This document shows positions 1-10,602 of a stretch of 64,000 nucleotides of DNA, one piece after another. The notes beneath the pieces were generated by a model that was not told the origin of the DNA, did no database searches, and saw only the letters and a list, made by a program, of their open reading frames with translations. The translations under genes were made by a program, and so were the position numbers. Numbering within the stretch: the first letter of the stretch is position 1; every line of letters begins with the position of its first letter. Source of the DNA: Phoronis australis (taxonomy: Eukaryota; Animalia; Phoronida); contig NMRA01000348.1 of assembly GCA_002633005.1 (NCBI GenBank), positions 235,065 through 299,064 on the forward strand, read 5' to 3'.

Positions 1-1047
1 GTTCACTTTACGTATAACGCCAGATGCTTGTTTATGTAATGTTAGTTTTGTTTTTGTGGTGAATGCAGTCAAAATTTGCAAGTCAAGCAGAACATATTTG
101 GTATGAAGACTTGGGACTCGTTATTTTGACCTCTTAAAAGTTTTTTATGCGTTGAGCCAATGCCAAATTTGACGTACGGGTAAAAGTATCTATTCATCTC
201 TTTTAGTGTTTACACAATGGTGGGTTGACGCTGAAGGCTGTTCCCTTTTTTAAACACCATAAGAGAGCATTCGCCAGAAATTGCAAAACAAAAAATCGAA
301 CTTGCATATTATGTGACATAAAACTAACATCACGAGAACAGACCGGTTTGTTGCTAGACCGCTAAGAAATTTGAAATTGCCATGTGTAAGGTAGCGATTT
401 GTCCACTCACGGGGTTCTTCAAAGCGGTATTGGGACATGATCAGATTTGTGACTGAAACACGCATTTTTGGGATTATTAAAAGGTGATTTAAACTTTTTG
501 AAGCAACTAGCTTTTACCTGAGATACGAAACAACGAAATTCGCTGTTTTTTATTTCATTGCAAATGGCAAAAGTTGCAGGTTAGATTTCGAACTGAAGAT
601 GCTCTCAGAAAATAATTTTACCTATAATGTCACTTCAACATAATTCTCTTGTAAAAGCCATTTATCGATATGGTGGCAAAAGAGTTTTTGTTGGGCGGGT
701 GTTTAGCGCCACCTATTGTACTATACAGCCTGCAAAATGTCAGTTCTTCGTTCCTTGTCCGTGTATTGTTAATCTGCATCGTATATCCATGCTTACATTG
801 TCGTTCTCAAACAATTAGTGACTGTGGGACAATATGGCGGATTATTGTAGCGCTTACATGTTCCGATGCTCAGAATTGGCTGGAAGTTTTAACCTGAATG
901 ACATGCCGGAACTGTCCATTAGGCCACTACACGTCAATATCAAACATTATGGTCCCCCTTTCCAACGATGCAGTATCAAACCGAAGACTTTTCCAATAAT
1001 TCTCATAACAGGAAAGAATGTTATTTCGAACGATTGTTTTTCCCCAG

Positions 1048-1218
1048 TGAACGGAAGCTGGTCCTCATGGTTCAACTGGACCTGTGCAGTCACGTGCGGA
1101 GCTGGAAACGCGACTCGATTTCGTCAGTGCAACAACCCGGCACCAGCCCACGGAGGCAGCAACTGTTCCGGTGCTGCCATTGATACTGCACCATGTAGTG
1201 GACTGTCGGCATGTCCAA
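1048..1218 (+). CDS. Gene A internal exon encoding a TSP1 repeat (gene begins upstream of the window)
   Basis: tttccccag acceptor and gtaag donor, phase 1-1, 171 nt; VNGSWSSWFNWTCAVTCGAGNATRFRQCNNPAPAHGGSNCSG...CP is a canonical WxxW-CxxTCG-RxRxC TSP1 repeat. Confidence 0.9.
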
Positions 1219-1765
1219 GTAAGATATTACACACACACACACACACCCTATATGCATGTAATTAGGTCCTTGCGCCTATAACGTGCATGTGAAGCTGCAC
1301 CTACGTAATCAAATTAATGAACCTATAGAGAATATGCCTACAGCCGGGAAATGTGACCTTAGGCGTGACGAAAATGGTCAGTCACCTTAAAATCTTGCAA
1401 AAACGACTTCGAAAAAAGCTTCTATATATTGGCAGTTGTAACACCAGCACCAAGTGCATGCTAGCACCCAGCCTAACGTAGGAGCTCGAATTTTTGAGAA
1501 TGTGGACCTTTTCATAAATTCTCGGGGTATGTTCAGAGCTATGAATTGTGCATTCGCCGAATCATGGTTGTTCCTGCCTTTTTAGTGGACTTTTGTCTCG
1601 TTTTCCACTTTTTCGTTGCTTTTGTTTTCCGAGGCGGATGTTTTTTACCCGATTCGCCAAATGGGGGAGCCCCCTGAGCATGGAGTGACATGTCTTTTAG
1701 TGACTTAGCTGACCTCAGTGCCAAATTTCCGTCACGTTTCGGTAGTGACCATAGCTTGCAACCAC

Positions 1766-2431
1766 CACAGGCGCCTCAGCTTCTGATCGTCCCCAATACA
1801 CTACATATAATACTACAAGGTAGGACCCTCCCGACTAGAAATTCCACGGGTGCTTCACTTCAGCCGTCCATAGCAAACATAAAACTCAATAAATTTACAC
1901 AAAACAGGGGTTCAACAAATCATGAAGAATTGTTCTTTCGCCCAATACCATTCACGGTGTCCTGTTACGGCGACTTCGTAAGAAATTCGTAGTAAAAGAA
2001 CAAAAATGTTCACAAAAAGCCCCCACACACGTTCTCCTTAGGCCCGTCGAGGTCAAGGACGGTACGGAAATTGCCGCTTTGTCGCGTAAAGTCACGATGT
2101 CGCTACTTCCGTAACTCACCGGCAATTTCCGTACCGTCCTTGACCTCGACGGGCCTAGGGAGAACGTGTGTGGGGGCTTTTTGTGAACATTTTTGTTCTT
2201 TGACTGCGAATTTCTTACGAAGTCGCCGTAACAGGATACCGTGAATGGTATTGGGCGAAAGAACAATTCTTCATGGTTTGTTGAACCCCTGTTTTGTTTA
2301 AATTTATTGAGTTTTATGTTTGCTATGGACGGCTGAAGTGAAGCACCCGTGGAATTTCTAGTCGGGAGTGTCCTACCTTGTAGTATTATATGAAGTGTAT
2401 TGGGGACGATCAGAAGCTGAGGACGCCTGTG
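1766..2431. mobile_element. Foldback/MITE-type non-autonomous DNA transposon with ~310-bp inverted arms and 8-bp TSD
   Basis: 1766-2076 is the reverse complement of ~2120-2431 around a ~43-bp spacer; GCAACCAC flanks both sides (1758-1765, 2432-2439). Confidence 0.85.
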
Positions 2432-2689
2432 GCAACCACACACATATGGTCTAGTTTCACACGTTGAGGATTTGTCGTTCACATTCCAGTTCACGGTAAC
2501 TGGACTGATTGGAGCTCTTGGTCGAACTGTTCCGAGACAGAATGCCACAAATCTGGTTTCATTATCCGCTACCGGAACTGTACTAGTCCCGCGCCTGCGC
2601 TCGGAGGAGATAGCTGTATAGGAGGGTCATCGGAAACCGTCGCGTGTACTGTAATATGCCCTGGTTTGTATTCTTATTGCATTTCAATT

Positions 2690-4140
2690 CCATTAAAACT
2701 TCATGTTTCAAATGAATACCCAATATAACCAACATAAACAATTACTCTAACAAAATCCTCTTTGACTCCTACAAAAGACCAAACACGAGACCAGGACTGC
2801 GACAAAGTAAATGCACACTATTCCATCTTCCATCAGCCAAGCCTTCAGGAGATCAATGATATTCACTTGTATTGACAAACTGGATTTCCTTACCATTCAA
2901 ATCAAAAGAAAGCACTTCAATCGTCACTCTCAAAAATAACTTTAAAATGCATACCACTATTCAAGACTTGCCAGTCCCATTGACGTCATTCCAACTTCCT
3001 TGCAACCATGAAATAACCCTATACAGATCAAGATGCGGTCTATTCTTAAACAACAAAAAATTTAGACATAATTTTAATAATATTTCGCCTCTGTGTTCCT
3101 GTGGAGACACCCAGACATATCCCCATGTTTTCTTTGCTTGTGAGGTAAGCAAGGAGCAGAGGGTACAGCTCGAACAATATATCCCCATGTTTACAAAAAA
3201 TATTCTGAAATTCCGCAATTGTACAACAATTTAAGTTTTATGTGCCCACATATGTGGACGCATTATGACGTCATCTCCGTCCTTCCGTCCGTCCGTCCGT
3301 CCGTCCGGCGTCCGCTGCTCTATCTCCAAAACCCTTTTACATACGTTCATGAAATTTGGCACATATGTTCCAATTATGAATTGGACGAAATGAGCGAACT
3401 TGCAAACGGTTACAACTACCGGTGTGCCCGCTAGTGGCAATTTTATTCTTTTACGCTTACCTTTGTATCTTCAAAAGTCCTGAACGAATTTTCATGGAAT
3501 ATTAGTGAGATGACCCTATCCTCTCGTTTTCGGATGGATTCGATGTAGTTTTCGCAAACTAGTGGCCATTTTTACAGTTTTCTAGTCTGTTTTTTTTGCG
3601 TCCATCCCTCTATCAACCAAACCACTGAAAGGATGATTGTGAAATTTGGCATGTATGTGCTTACTATAAAGAGGACGGTTGACGATGATTTTCCGACGAT
3701 TTCGACTACTGTGGCGCCTCCTAGTGGCAGTTTTGTTTTTGTTGTGCTTATGGCTATATCTCCTCAACGTTCGCAGGATCTTTACTTAATTTAGCAAGTG
3801 CATTTATATGATGTTGACAACGGACACTGTGCCCACTAGTGGCAATTTAATTTTATTCTGTTTTCCTTTCTTTCTCTGAAGTTCCTTGACAGATTGTTAT
3901 GAAATATGGCACGTTCCTGTTTTTGGATGGATTGTGTGTTTCTGCGCCATCTAGTGGCCATTTTTATGATACAAATAAATAACCCTAAAAGCACACTATT
4001 TGCAATGCATTCGTGGGCGCATTTCAACGCTCTCCGTTGCTCTTGTTTTCTATAAGGAAGTCAAGAACTCAACCCAAATGAAAATAAGGTTTTATTCGAA
4101 ATAGTATTTATTTAGAGTTTATTTATCACATGAAATCTCT
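2690..4140 (+). mobile_element. Degenerate LINE ORF2 C-terminal remnant, interrupted by a HINE
   Basis: YRSRCGLFLNNKKFRHNFNNISPLCSCGDTQTYPHVFFAC (CCHC-like zinc ribbon); the frame resumes after the insertion at ~4050 as L*GSQELNPNENKVLFEIVF; similar to the LINE at 14640-15990. Confidence 0.7.
3236..4049 (+). mobile_element. Helentron-associated non-autonomous element (HINE/DINE-1-like)
   Basis: T-rich insertion site, subTIR atgtgcccac (3240) / gtgggcgcat (4013), (GTCC)n microsatellite at ~3277-3306, internal degenerate tandem units, 3' hairpin caacg-ctctc-cgttg followed by cttgtttt. Confidence 0.75.
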
Positions 4141-4749
4141 TTGTGTTAGTGGATAGAATTGCATACATATGTATGAAAATAAATTATTTACACTCGTAAC
4201 CATAAGTCATTGTAATCTTTACATCAGTTTTTTCTTAATTTATGTATTCGTGGATAATAATCGCATATAGAATTTTTTTGTATTTTTTTAACCCAAATCT
4301 AATGCCTCTTGGCGCTTTCTGGGTTATTTATATTCATTGTATTCTGAAGATTTCGTAATAAACATTAAGAAAATGAATACTTTTTACTTGACTAATCTGA
4401 CGAACAGTTGTGACAACATCACTGTGCTCGCCATGTGCTCGCAAGTACAGTAATGAAATTTTTCTCTAGGTACTATACTAGGGTGGGCGTCTTCTCTCGC
4501 TATTAAATTATTAAAACAATTCATTAAAAATAAGTTCCTTTTTTCACAAATCTCAGACATTCGTCTTGTCAGACTTTAAGTAATAAGCCAGAAATATATT
4601 CGTTGATTATCACCTCATTGTATTTGGGCGACACACTGCGGAAGAGGCTGAATTGGCTATGTTCCCGTAACTTAGTATAAGTGTTTTGTCGTCCAGTGAC
4701 TCCAGCTGCCTTTTACATGTACTTGTGTATGCGTGTACGCTAATTCCAG

Positions 4750-4920
4750 TGGATGGCAACTGGACTACTTGGTCAGAATGGGGCAACTGTTCCGCGCCAT
4801 GCGGTGAAGGTGTGCGACTAAGAGCACGAGGATGCACGAATCCTGTACCGAAGAATGGCGGACTAAATTGCACCGGCGATGAAATGGAGTCCGAAACGTG
4901 CAAGAACTCAACGTGTCCAA
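4750..4920 (+). CDS. Gene A exon encoding a TSP1 repeat
   Basis: taattccag / gtaagc, phase 1-1, 171 nt; VDGNWTTWSEWGNCSAPCGEGVRLRARGCTNPVPKNGGLNCTG...CP. Confidence 0.9.
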
Positions 4921-5001
4921 GTAAGCGTTTTAAGCGGAAGTGAACTTGTTGGGCATATTAAACACATATACGTAAAATTATAGTGATCAATCATTCTATA
5001 A

Positions 5002-5365
5002 CTGTTTGACTTCATGAGTTGAAAATATGCCTTAAAGGTGTATGTGCATTTAACAAAATTGGTCCTCATATTTACCATGTGGCTTAAAATGTCATGATAA
5101 GTACAGTGAACGAGGCTGGTGAAGACGAGGCACTGCATTGAACGTCATTCTAATTTCGTACATCTGATGCTACTAGCGATCTGTTTGACTTCATGAGTTG
5201 AAAATATGTCTTAAAGGTGTATGTGCATTTAACAAAATTGGTCCTCATATTTACCATGTGGCTTAAAATGTCATGATAGGTAAGTACAGTGAACGAGGCT
5301 GGTGAAGACGAGGCACTGCTTTGAACGTCATTCTAATTTCCTACCTCTGATGCTACTAGCGATCT
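5002..5365. repeat. Tandem duplication of a ~180-bp unit (two near-identical copies)
   Basis: ctgtttgacttcatgagttgaaaatatg starts at 5002 and 5181; both copies end ...gatgctactagcgatctg. Confidence 0.9.
5107..5141 (+). CDS. Putative terminal coding exon of gene A (xNEAGEDEALH*); a second tandem copy lies at 5290-5324
   Basis: gtacag acceptor, phase 1, TGA stop; same acceptor, same 35-nt length and same stop position as the paralogous exon at 38728-38762; pyrimidine tract is weak. Confidence 0.55.
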
Positions 5366-6836
5366 GCGTGACTGATAAATTGACTGAACGACTGAGTGAT
5401 CTTGAGTGTTTGTTTGAATCTGGATGCCGAGTAGCCCATGTGTATCGTGAGGTGCGGAGTAAAAGTGTGTGAATACTTCAATTATTTCGAACTACTTGTT
5501 TTCGACATTTCCTCTTGCCGCCTAAACTGACGTGAAAGAATCCTACGTTGACACACTCTGCGGTCGAGAGTGTGCAAGCCGACAGATTTGTGCACCACAG
5601 AATATGCCGGTTCAGATCAAAGACACCGTGTTGCTGTGGTTAATTAAATCGGGCGGGCTGCTGATGTTATCGTTCTCTAGACAATAAAACCATCGCACTA
5701 GGGACAACAATTGTAATTTTTAATTTTCGTTTTGAAAATTTGTAAATAGCGATTTCTCGCTTTATGGCTTGATCTCGTGTCAGTGGTGCCTCTTGTCGTC
5801 TGCAAGTGACAATGTCAGGACTATGCCGGAGACAGCCCAAAGAAAGCAAGGTAAAGCAAACGTCAGTTTTATACTTAATGAATATTTTATTCACTACTCT
5901 GCACCATTTAGGTTTATTTTGCAAGACTCTGGTTTTGTTAACAGGTAGTCGATATAAAAAACAGTAGATTTTCAAAAAAATCAGCCTACCCGTCAAAATT
6001 CAAAACAACTTCATTTTTTGCACATAAAAAAGTATCTTAACAAAAATCTGAATGCCACATTCATTTTGTGCACTCAATGACCCCTAATTTAGCCGCTGAA
6101 GCACTAAGCCTGAATTAGTCATATTAGCCGTTTCCAAAATTGCATGTCTTCAGCAACAAAAATAAGTAACTTACAAATTAGATTGAAAGTTTAACTTTGG
6201 TGGCTGGAATAACGATTGCGTAATGTAAATAATTGCGTGGAATTTATGCAAATGTGACGAGTTTCTGCTCGATAGGGGAGATAATCCACAGACAACTTTC
6301 CCTAGAAAATTTTAGTGGCTTTTTGTGATACCTACAGCTAAAGAGTAAATCTTGATAACTTACCAAAAATATCTTGCCTCAAGTTTAAACTTAGTGAAAA
6401 TTGTCCTGTTAACTGCGGATTTTGGAAACCATAAGCATAGTTTACTGACAAATTGAACGGAATTTTTAACAAGAGATCTGCTTTAAATTGTGATATAAGT
6501 CAAGACTAAGGTCTTTCAAGTGGAAACAAGTTGCTTTCTGGATGTATTACGCGATCAGCATCAAAACTGAACCCTATGACCTTTGTTCAATGAGTGTTTC
6601 AGAACATCCGAGATAATGTGATGTGCCGCATAAATAAAGGCCAGTGGCAGACTATGATGGTCGTACAAGCCAGGATACGTAAATTTGTGACTGAGCAGGA
6701 CACATCGTGGAGCCAAATCATATGCGATGTTCACCGAAGAGAATTTGGTCCCGGTTTTTACATCCAAGCAGAAAGGGTCTATACCCTGAACACCGAAGAC
6801 ATTCGAGAAGAAAATCTGAACGAGATATTGACTTCA

Positions 6837-7095
6837 CATACGCGCACCCAGGGGGGGGGGGGGAGGGGGCTTTGGGGCTCGAACGAACCCCCATTTGGCA
6901 ATTTGGGCAAATATTTCCGCCTCAGAGAAACAAAAATGTCCGAGAAAACAAGAAAAATATCCACTAAACACGCGCAACCGCGTAATTCTCAGTGGTGAAC
7001 CGTTTTTTTCTTCCTTTAGTCCTCCCGTTTTTTTAGTAAAGAACCTCATCGGCTGAAATTCGAGCCCCCAATATTAAAGGCTGGGTGCAGGCATG
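6837..7095. mobile_element. MITE with CAT(A/G)CGCGCACCCAG-type TIRs and 5-bp TSD (CTTCA)
   Basis: catacgcgcacccag ... ctgggtgcaggcatg; CTTCA at 6832-6836 and 7096-7100; internal similarity to the copy at 7410. Confidence 0.8.
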
Positions 7096-7409
7096 CTTCA
7101 ACATTTCACGGGGGATATTGGCTCAGTTTGGACAGGTGGAATTGATACCACCAGGACCTTCGATTAAAGAAATCAAGATCAAGTGTCACAGTTGGAGTTA
7201 AATGACCCAAATTTGCTTTCCTACTGCTCGCCGTATACATGTGTTATATATTTTATCGTAGTTAATCGTACTTTGTAGTTGAGGTGAAGTGACAGTAGTC
7301 AATCTACATGTAGTGGCTTAGCGAGCACCTCCTTCCCCCCTGTCGAATCCTCATGTACAGTAAGTGGCGACCGCCCCCAACCCCGGTTGGTGACTGTGTA
7401 ACCCCCCAG

Positions 7410-7655
7410 CATGCGCTCACCCAGGAGGGGCTCGGGGGGGTTGGAAAGTGCAACCCATTTGGCAAAGTGGGTAAAAATGTCCGCCTCATAGAAACAAAAA
7501 GTCAAAGAAATTGAAACAAAAGCTCACTAAAAGACGCAGACGCACAGTTCACAGTTCTAAAGTTGGTACCCCGTTTTTTCTTTGGTCCTTTGTCAGCAAA
7601 AGGTCCACTTTGTCAGGACTTGAACCCCCCATATTAAGGGCTCGGTGCGCGCATG
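7410..7655. mobile_element. Second copy of the same MITE family, 5-bp TSD (CCCAG)
   Basis: catgcgctcacccag ... ctcggtgcgcgcatg; CCCAG at 7405-7409 and 7656-7660. Confidence 0.8.
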
Positions 7656-8924
7656 CCCAGTTAAAACGTGCCTGGTGCGCTCTTGGACAACACCGGTTTC
7701 GGACCCCACCCCCCCCCCCTTCGCGAGGCGCCCGGCGGCAGCTGACACCGTCTTGAGTGACGTATGTTTGCCATGAAATACAGACCACTGTGTTGCAGTG
7801 TTTATCTAATGTCTGTCATGAACTGAGTCATTTATAAACTTGTCTTGTATGAATTGTTAACTCTTGGCCTTGAATGTATGCTTCTTCACACCGTTGTTAG
7901 GGCCATGCACACTTTGAAAGGGAGCAGTTCCACGGTCACTGCTGCACTGCGAAGGGCCAGTTTCAAAATCCCTTTGTGAAAGGTACTTACCGGGAGCTTC
8001 CGGTGGCTTGCTTATGATATTGAAGGGGTCGAATTTCACCATCGTTCCTCAAAATTCACCTCAAACGACAACTTATTAGCGGGTTAGCTCAAGGCACGTA
8101 CATGTACACTCTACGCAAAAAATGGAAAGACTGTATTGCGTGTACAGTATACGCCTGTCTCCTCCCGCTATTCAACTGACTGAAAGTGATAATCAGAAAA
8201 GTTTGATACGAGTAAAATATAAACAATTCGTAAGACAGTGTTTTTCAAAGTTTTTGAAAAGCGGGAACAGTGTCTTCATTACGAAGGGCGGCAGCTGAGT
8301 TAGTGAGAACAAATAATGGCGACCATTTTAGTTCGGGTGGTTCATGATCAAAAATAAAAAATGAACTAAAAATAGCATTGAACTCAGTTAAGTTTGAAAT
8401 TTTTTGAAGTGTTGTATGACCAACATCTGAGCGTAACTATCTTTCGGAGTTATCTTAAAACATTTAGAATTGGTTTTAGTGTCAAAACACATTGTTGAGT
8501 TGGAGCTTCTTAACAGCAGGCTTATTGGTTTCCGCACAACTCATGATCTCTCGCCAGCCAGATTTTCCACACCTACCGTGAGCTGTTACATGAACGTTTA
8601 CATTACGAGAGTCCGTTCTCCGATTTTTGATCGCTCTTCGTTCTACAGCGGAATTATAATAATTTTCAATTTGTTGTCGATCAGTAGCTAACCACGCTAA
8701 CATACTCTGCCACATTAACTGTGCAGTTATTGGGGACAAATAAAACAACAAGAATAATAAATATTTTTAAGTTGTATTGGGAATTTCAGGGTCACAGCTC
8801 TACAAATAAATATTTCACAGAAGGAACCAGATGGGTTCCTTAATTACAAGAGATAACACACACATTTCCGATAACCAAAGTGTAATTAAGTATCGGATAC
8901 TAAGTGGCACAGGCGAGCATACAG

Positions 8925-9090
8925 TGTAGTACCAAATGGGTACATAATACCAAATGGGTATTGGCCGATTGCCTACCAACTGGGTCGAGCAAAGCGGCAA
9001 ATTCAATAACAAGTACCAAGTGGGTACAAACTGCCAAATGGACAAATATCATATAAAGTACCAAGTGGGTACATCAAACAGCCAACTGGG
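8925..9090. repeat. Short degenerate tandem motif TACCAA(A/G)TGGGTAC
   Basis: Motif recurs about five times (e.g. ~8930, 8948, 9014, 9059). Confidence 0.55.
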
Positions 9091-9724
9091 CTATAACAAC
9101 CTACAAAGCAGGTTCCGGACAAGCTGAGTGAGCAGAGCAACCGGAGTGATAAAAAGAGATATTGTAAGGAACGTGGTGTTGTGGCTCAATATGTGCCGAG
9201 AGCTGTGACCGGGGTGGAGAGAAGCAAGTTGCAGTAATGGATGCTCAAGTACAGGTCTGGTCGCTAGCCAATGACGTCGGTTCTTGCCTGACGGTATCAC
9301 GCTTCGGGCTTGAAGAAGGTACCAGCTGTGGCTGTAAAAACAACAATAACCAACAGCAGATTTTGTTCAGCAAAAGGGATGGAGCGTGGGAAAGGTAGAA
9401 AACGGTTGACGTGGTACCCCGGGTAGGGAGGGCGGGAGAGGTATGAACTTGTCTAATTAGGAAAACTTACGAGTGAACGTACTGTTGCTTGAGGCTGGGG
9501 CAACAGGAAGCTGGAGAGTAAGAACAAACAGCGCAACCATCGGCCTTGGTAGGAACTAACCAAGAGTTGGATATGAAGCATGAAGGGCTCTTTAACGGTA
9601 TTTGCCCAAATAATAGGATTTATGTCAGAGTGCCATAAATCTCATTATATACATGTATTAGGAATTCATGATCGAGTTACTGCTGTTCATTTTCGGAAAA
9701 ATCAAGTCAAATGTCATGTGCCAG

Positions 9725-9886
9725 GCGTACGTTCAGTAACGCTAGGACCTACGCTAGGACCTACGCTAGGACCTAGCTAAAATCTAGCCTAAGTCACGTG
9801 TTCTCTTTGAAATACACGGCAATATCTCGCGTAATCTCGCGAAGTCTTGTTTTTTAGCGTGGTCCTAGCGTTACCGAACGGGAGTC
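9725..9886. mobile_element. Small MITE-like element with TIRs and an internal (ACGCTAGGACCT)x3 repeat
   Basis: cgttcagtaacgctaggacc / ggtcctagcgttaccgaacg inverted termini; possible CAG TSD (Harbinger-like, inference). Confidence 0.55.
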
Positions 9887-10544
9887 AGGTCATCCTGGTC
9901 AGTAGTTAGGGGTAACGACGGTGGGCGTTTGTACAAGCGCATCTGGGTGTTTGAAAATGAGGGGACCATTTCTGCTATACAGTGCATTGTAGCAATCATG
10001 GCAAATGGAACGTCCGTGTGACTGCTGCAGCTATTTTTATGGACATTTGTTTTGCGCATGTGAAACACTCGCATCAACTCGGACGAACGGGTGCCTAGGA
10101 TTGTCAAAAATTGTGATAAAGTAGTGTGCAAAATATATCTTAAAACTGTCTTGCAAAAGATAGTTTAATTAAATGTGGGAAATTTTATAGATGTCATGGA
10201 CTCTTTTTTTGACGTGAAAAATTTTCCAATGTTTTATTGATTAATACAAACCTAGATAATGTAAATACCAAGGCATTGTTGTCATTGAAGTTCAATGAAA
10301 TATCCTTTAGGCATCGGTCGCGTGTTCATAGCATTGATACTTTTTGGTGTTGGGTCGAACACCACGACCCGCTATCGATTTGCTTATACACACTGTAGGT
10401 TTGCATCGTGCCTGTGTGCTATATATCCAGAAGCCGTCAAGATTTGTGTTTGGGCTCAAATACTGTCCGAAGCACCGGAAGGCCATCCGATACTTGTGTC
10501 TATCCGGCGTATTCCATAGATGTGTCAGTTTATGTTTGAGCGTA

Positions 10545-10602
10545 ATGGAAGTAAAAACTGTGACAGCTTTTATTTTGATATTTACTGCGGCAGGATTAGA
10601 AG
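10545..10602 (+). CDS. Gene B exon 1, signal peptide
   Basis: [19 protein letters not shown] followed by a phase-1 gtaat donor; hydrophobic core typical of a signal peptide. Confidence 0.65.

Noticed and set aside
1690-2548. ORFs of 100 aa (+) and 198 aa (-) sharing the same peptide
   Set aside because: They arise from the two arms of the foldback element; no protein-family motifs
9738-9776. CRISPR-like short direct repeats
   Set aside because: Contiguous 12-bp repeats without spacers in a eukaryotic MITE; no cas genes
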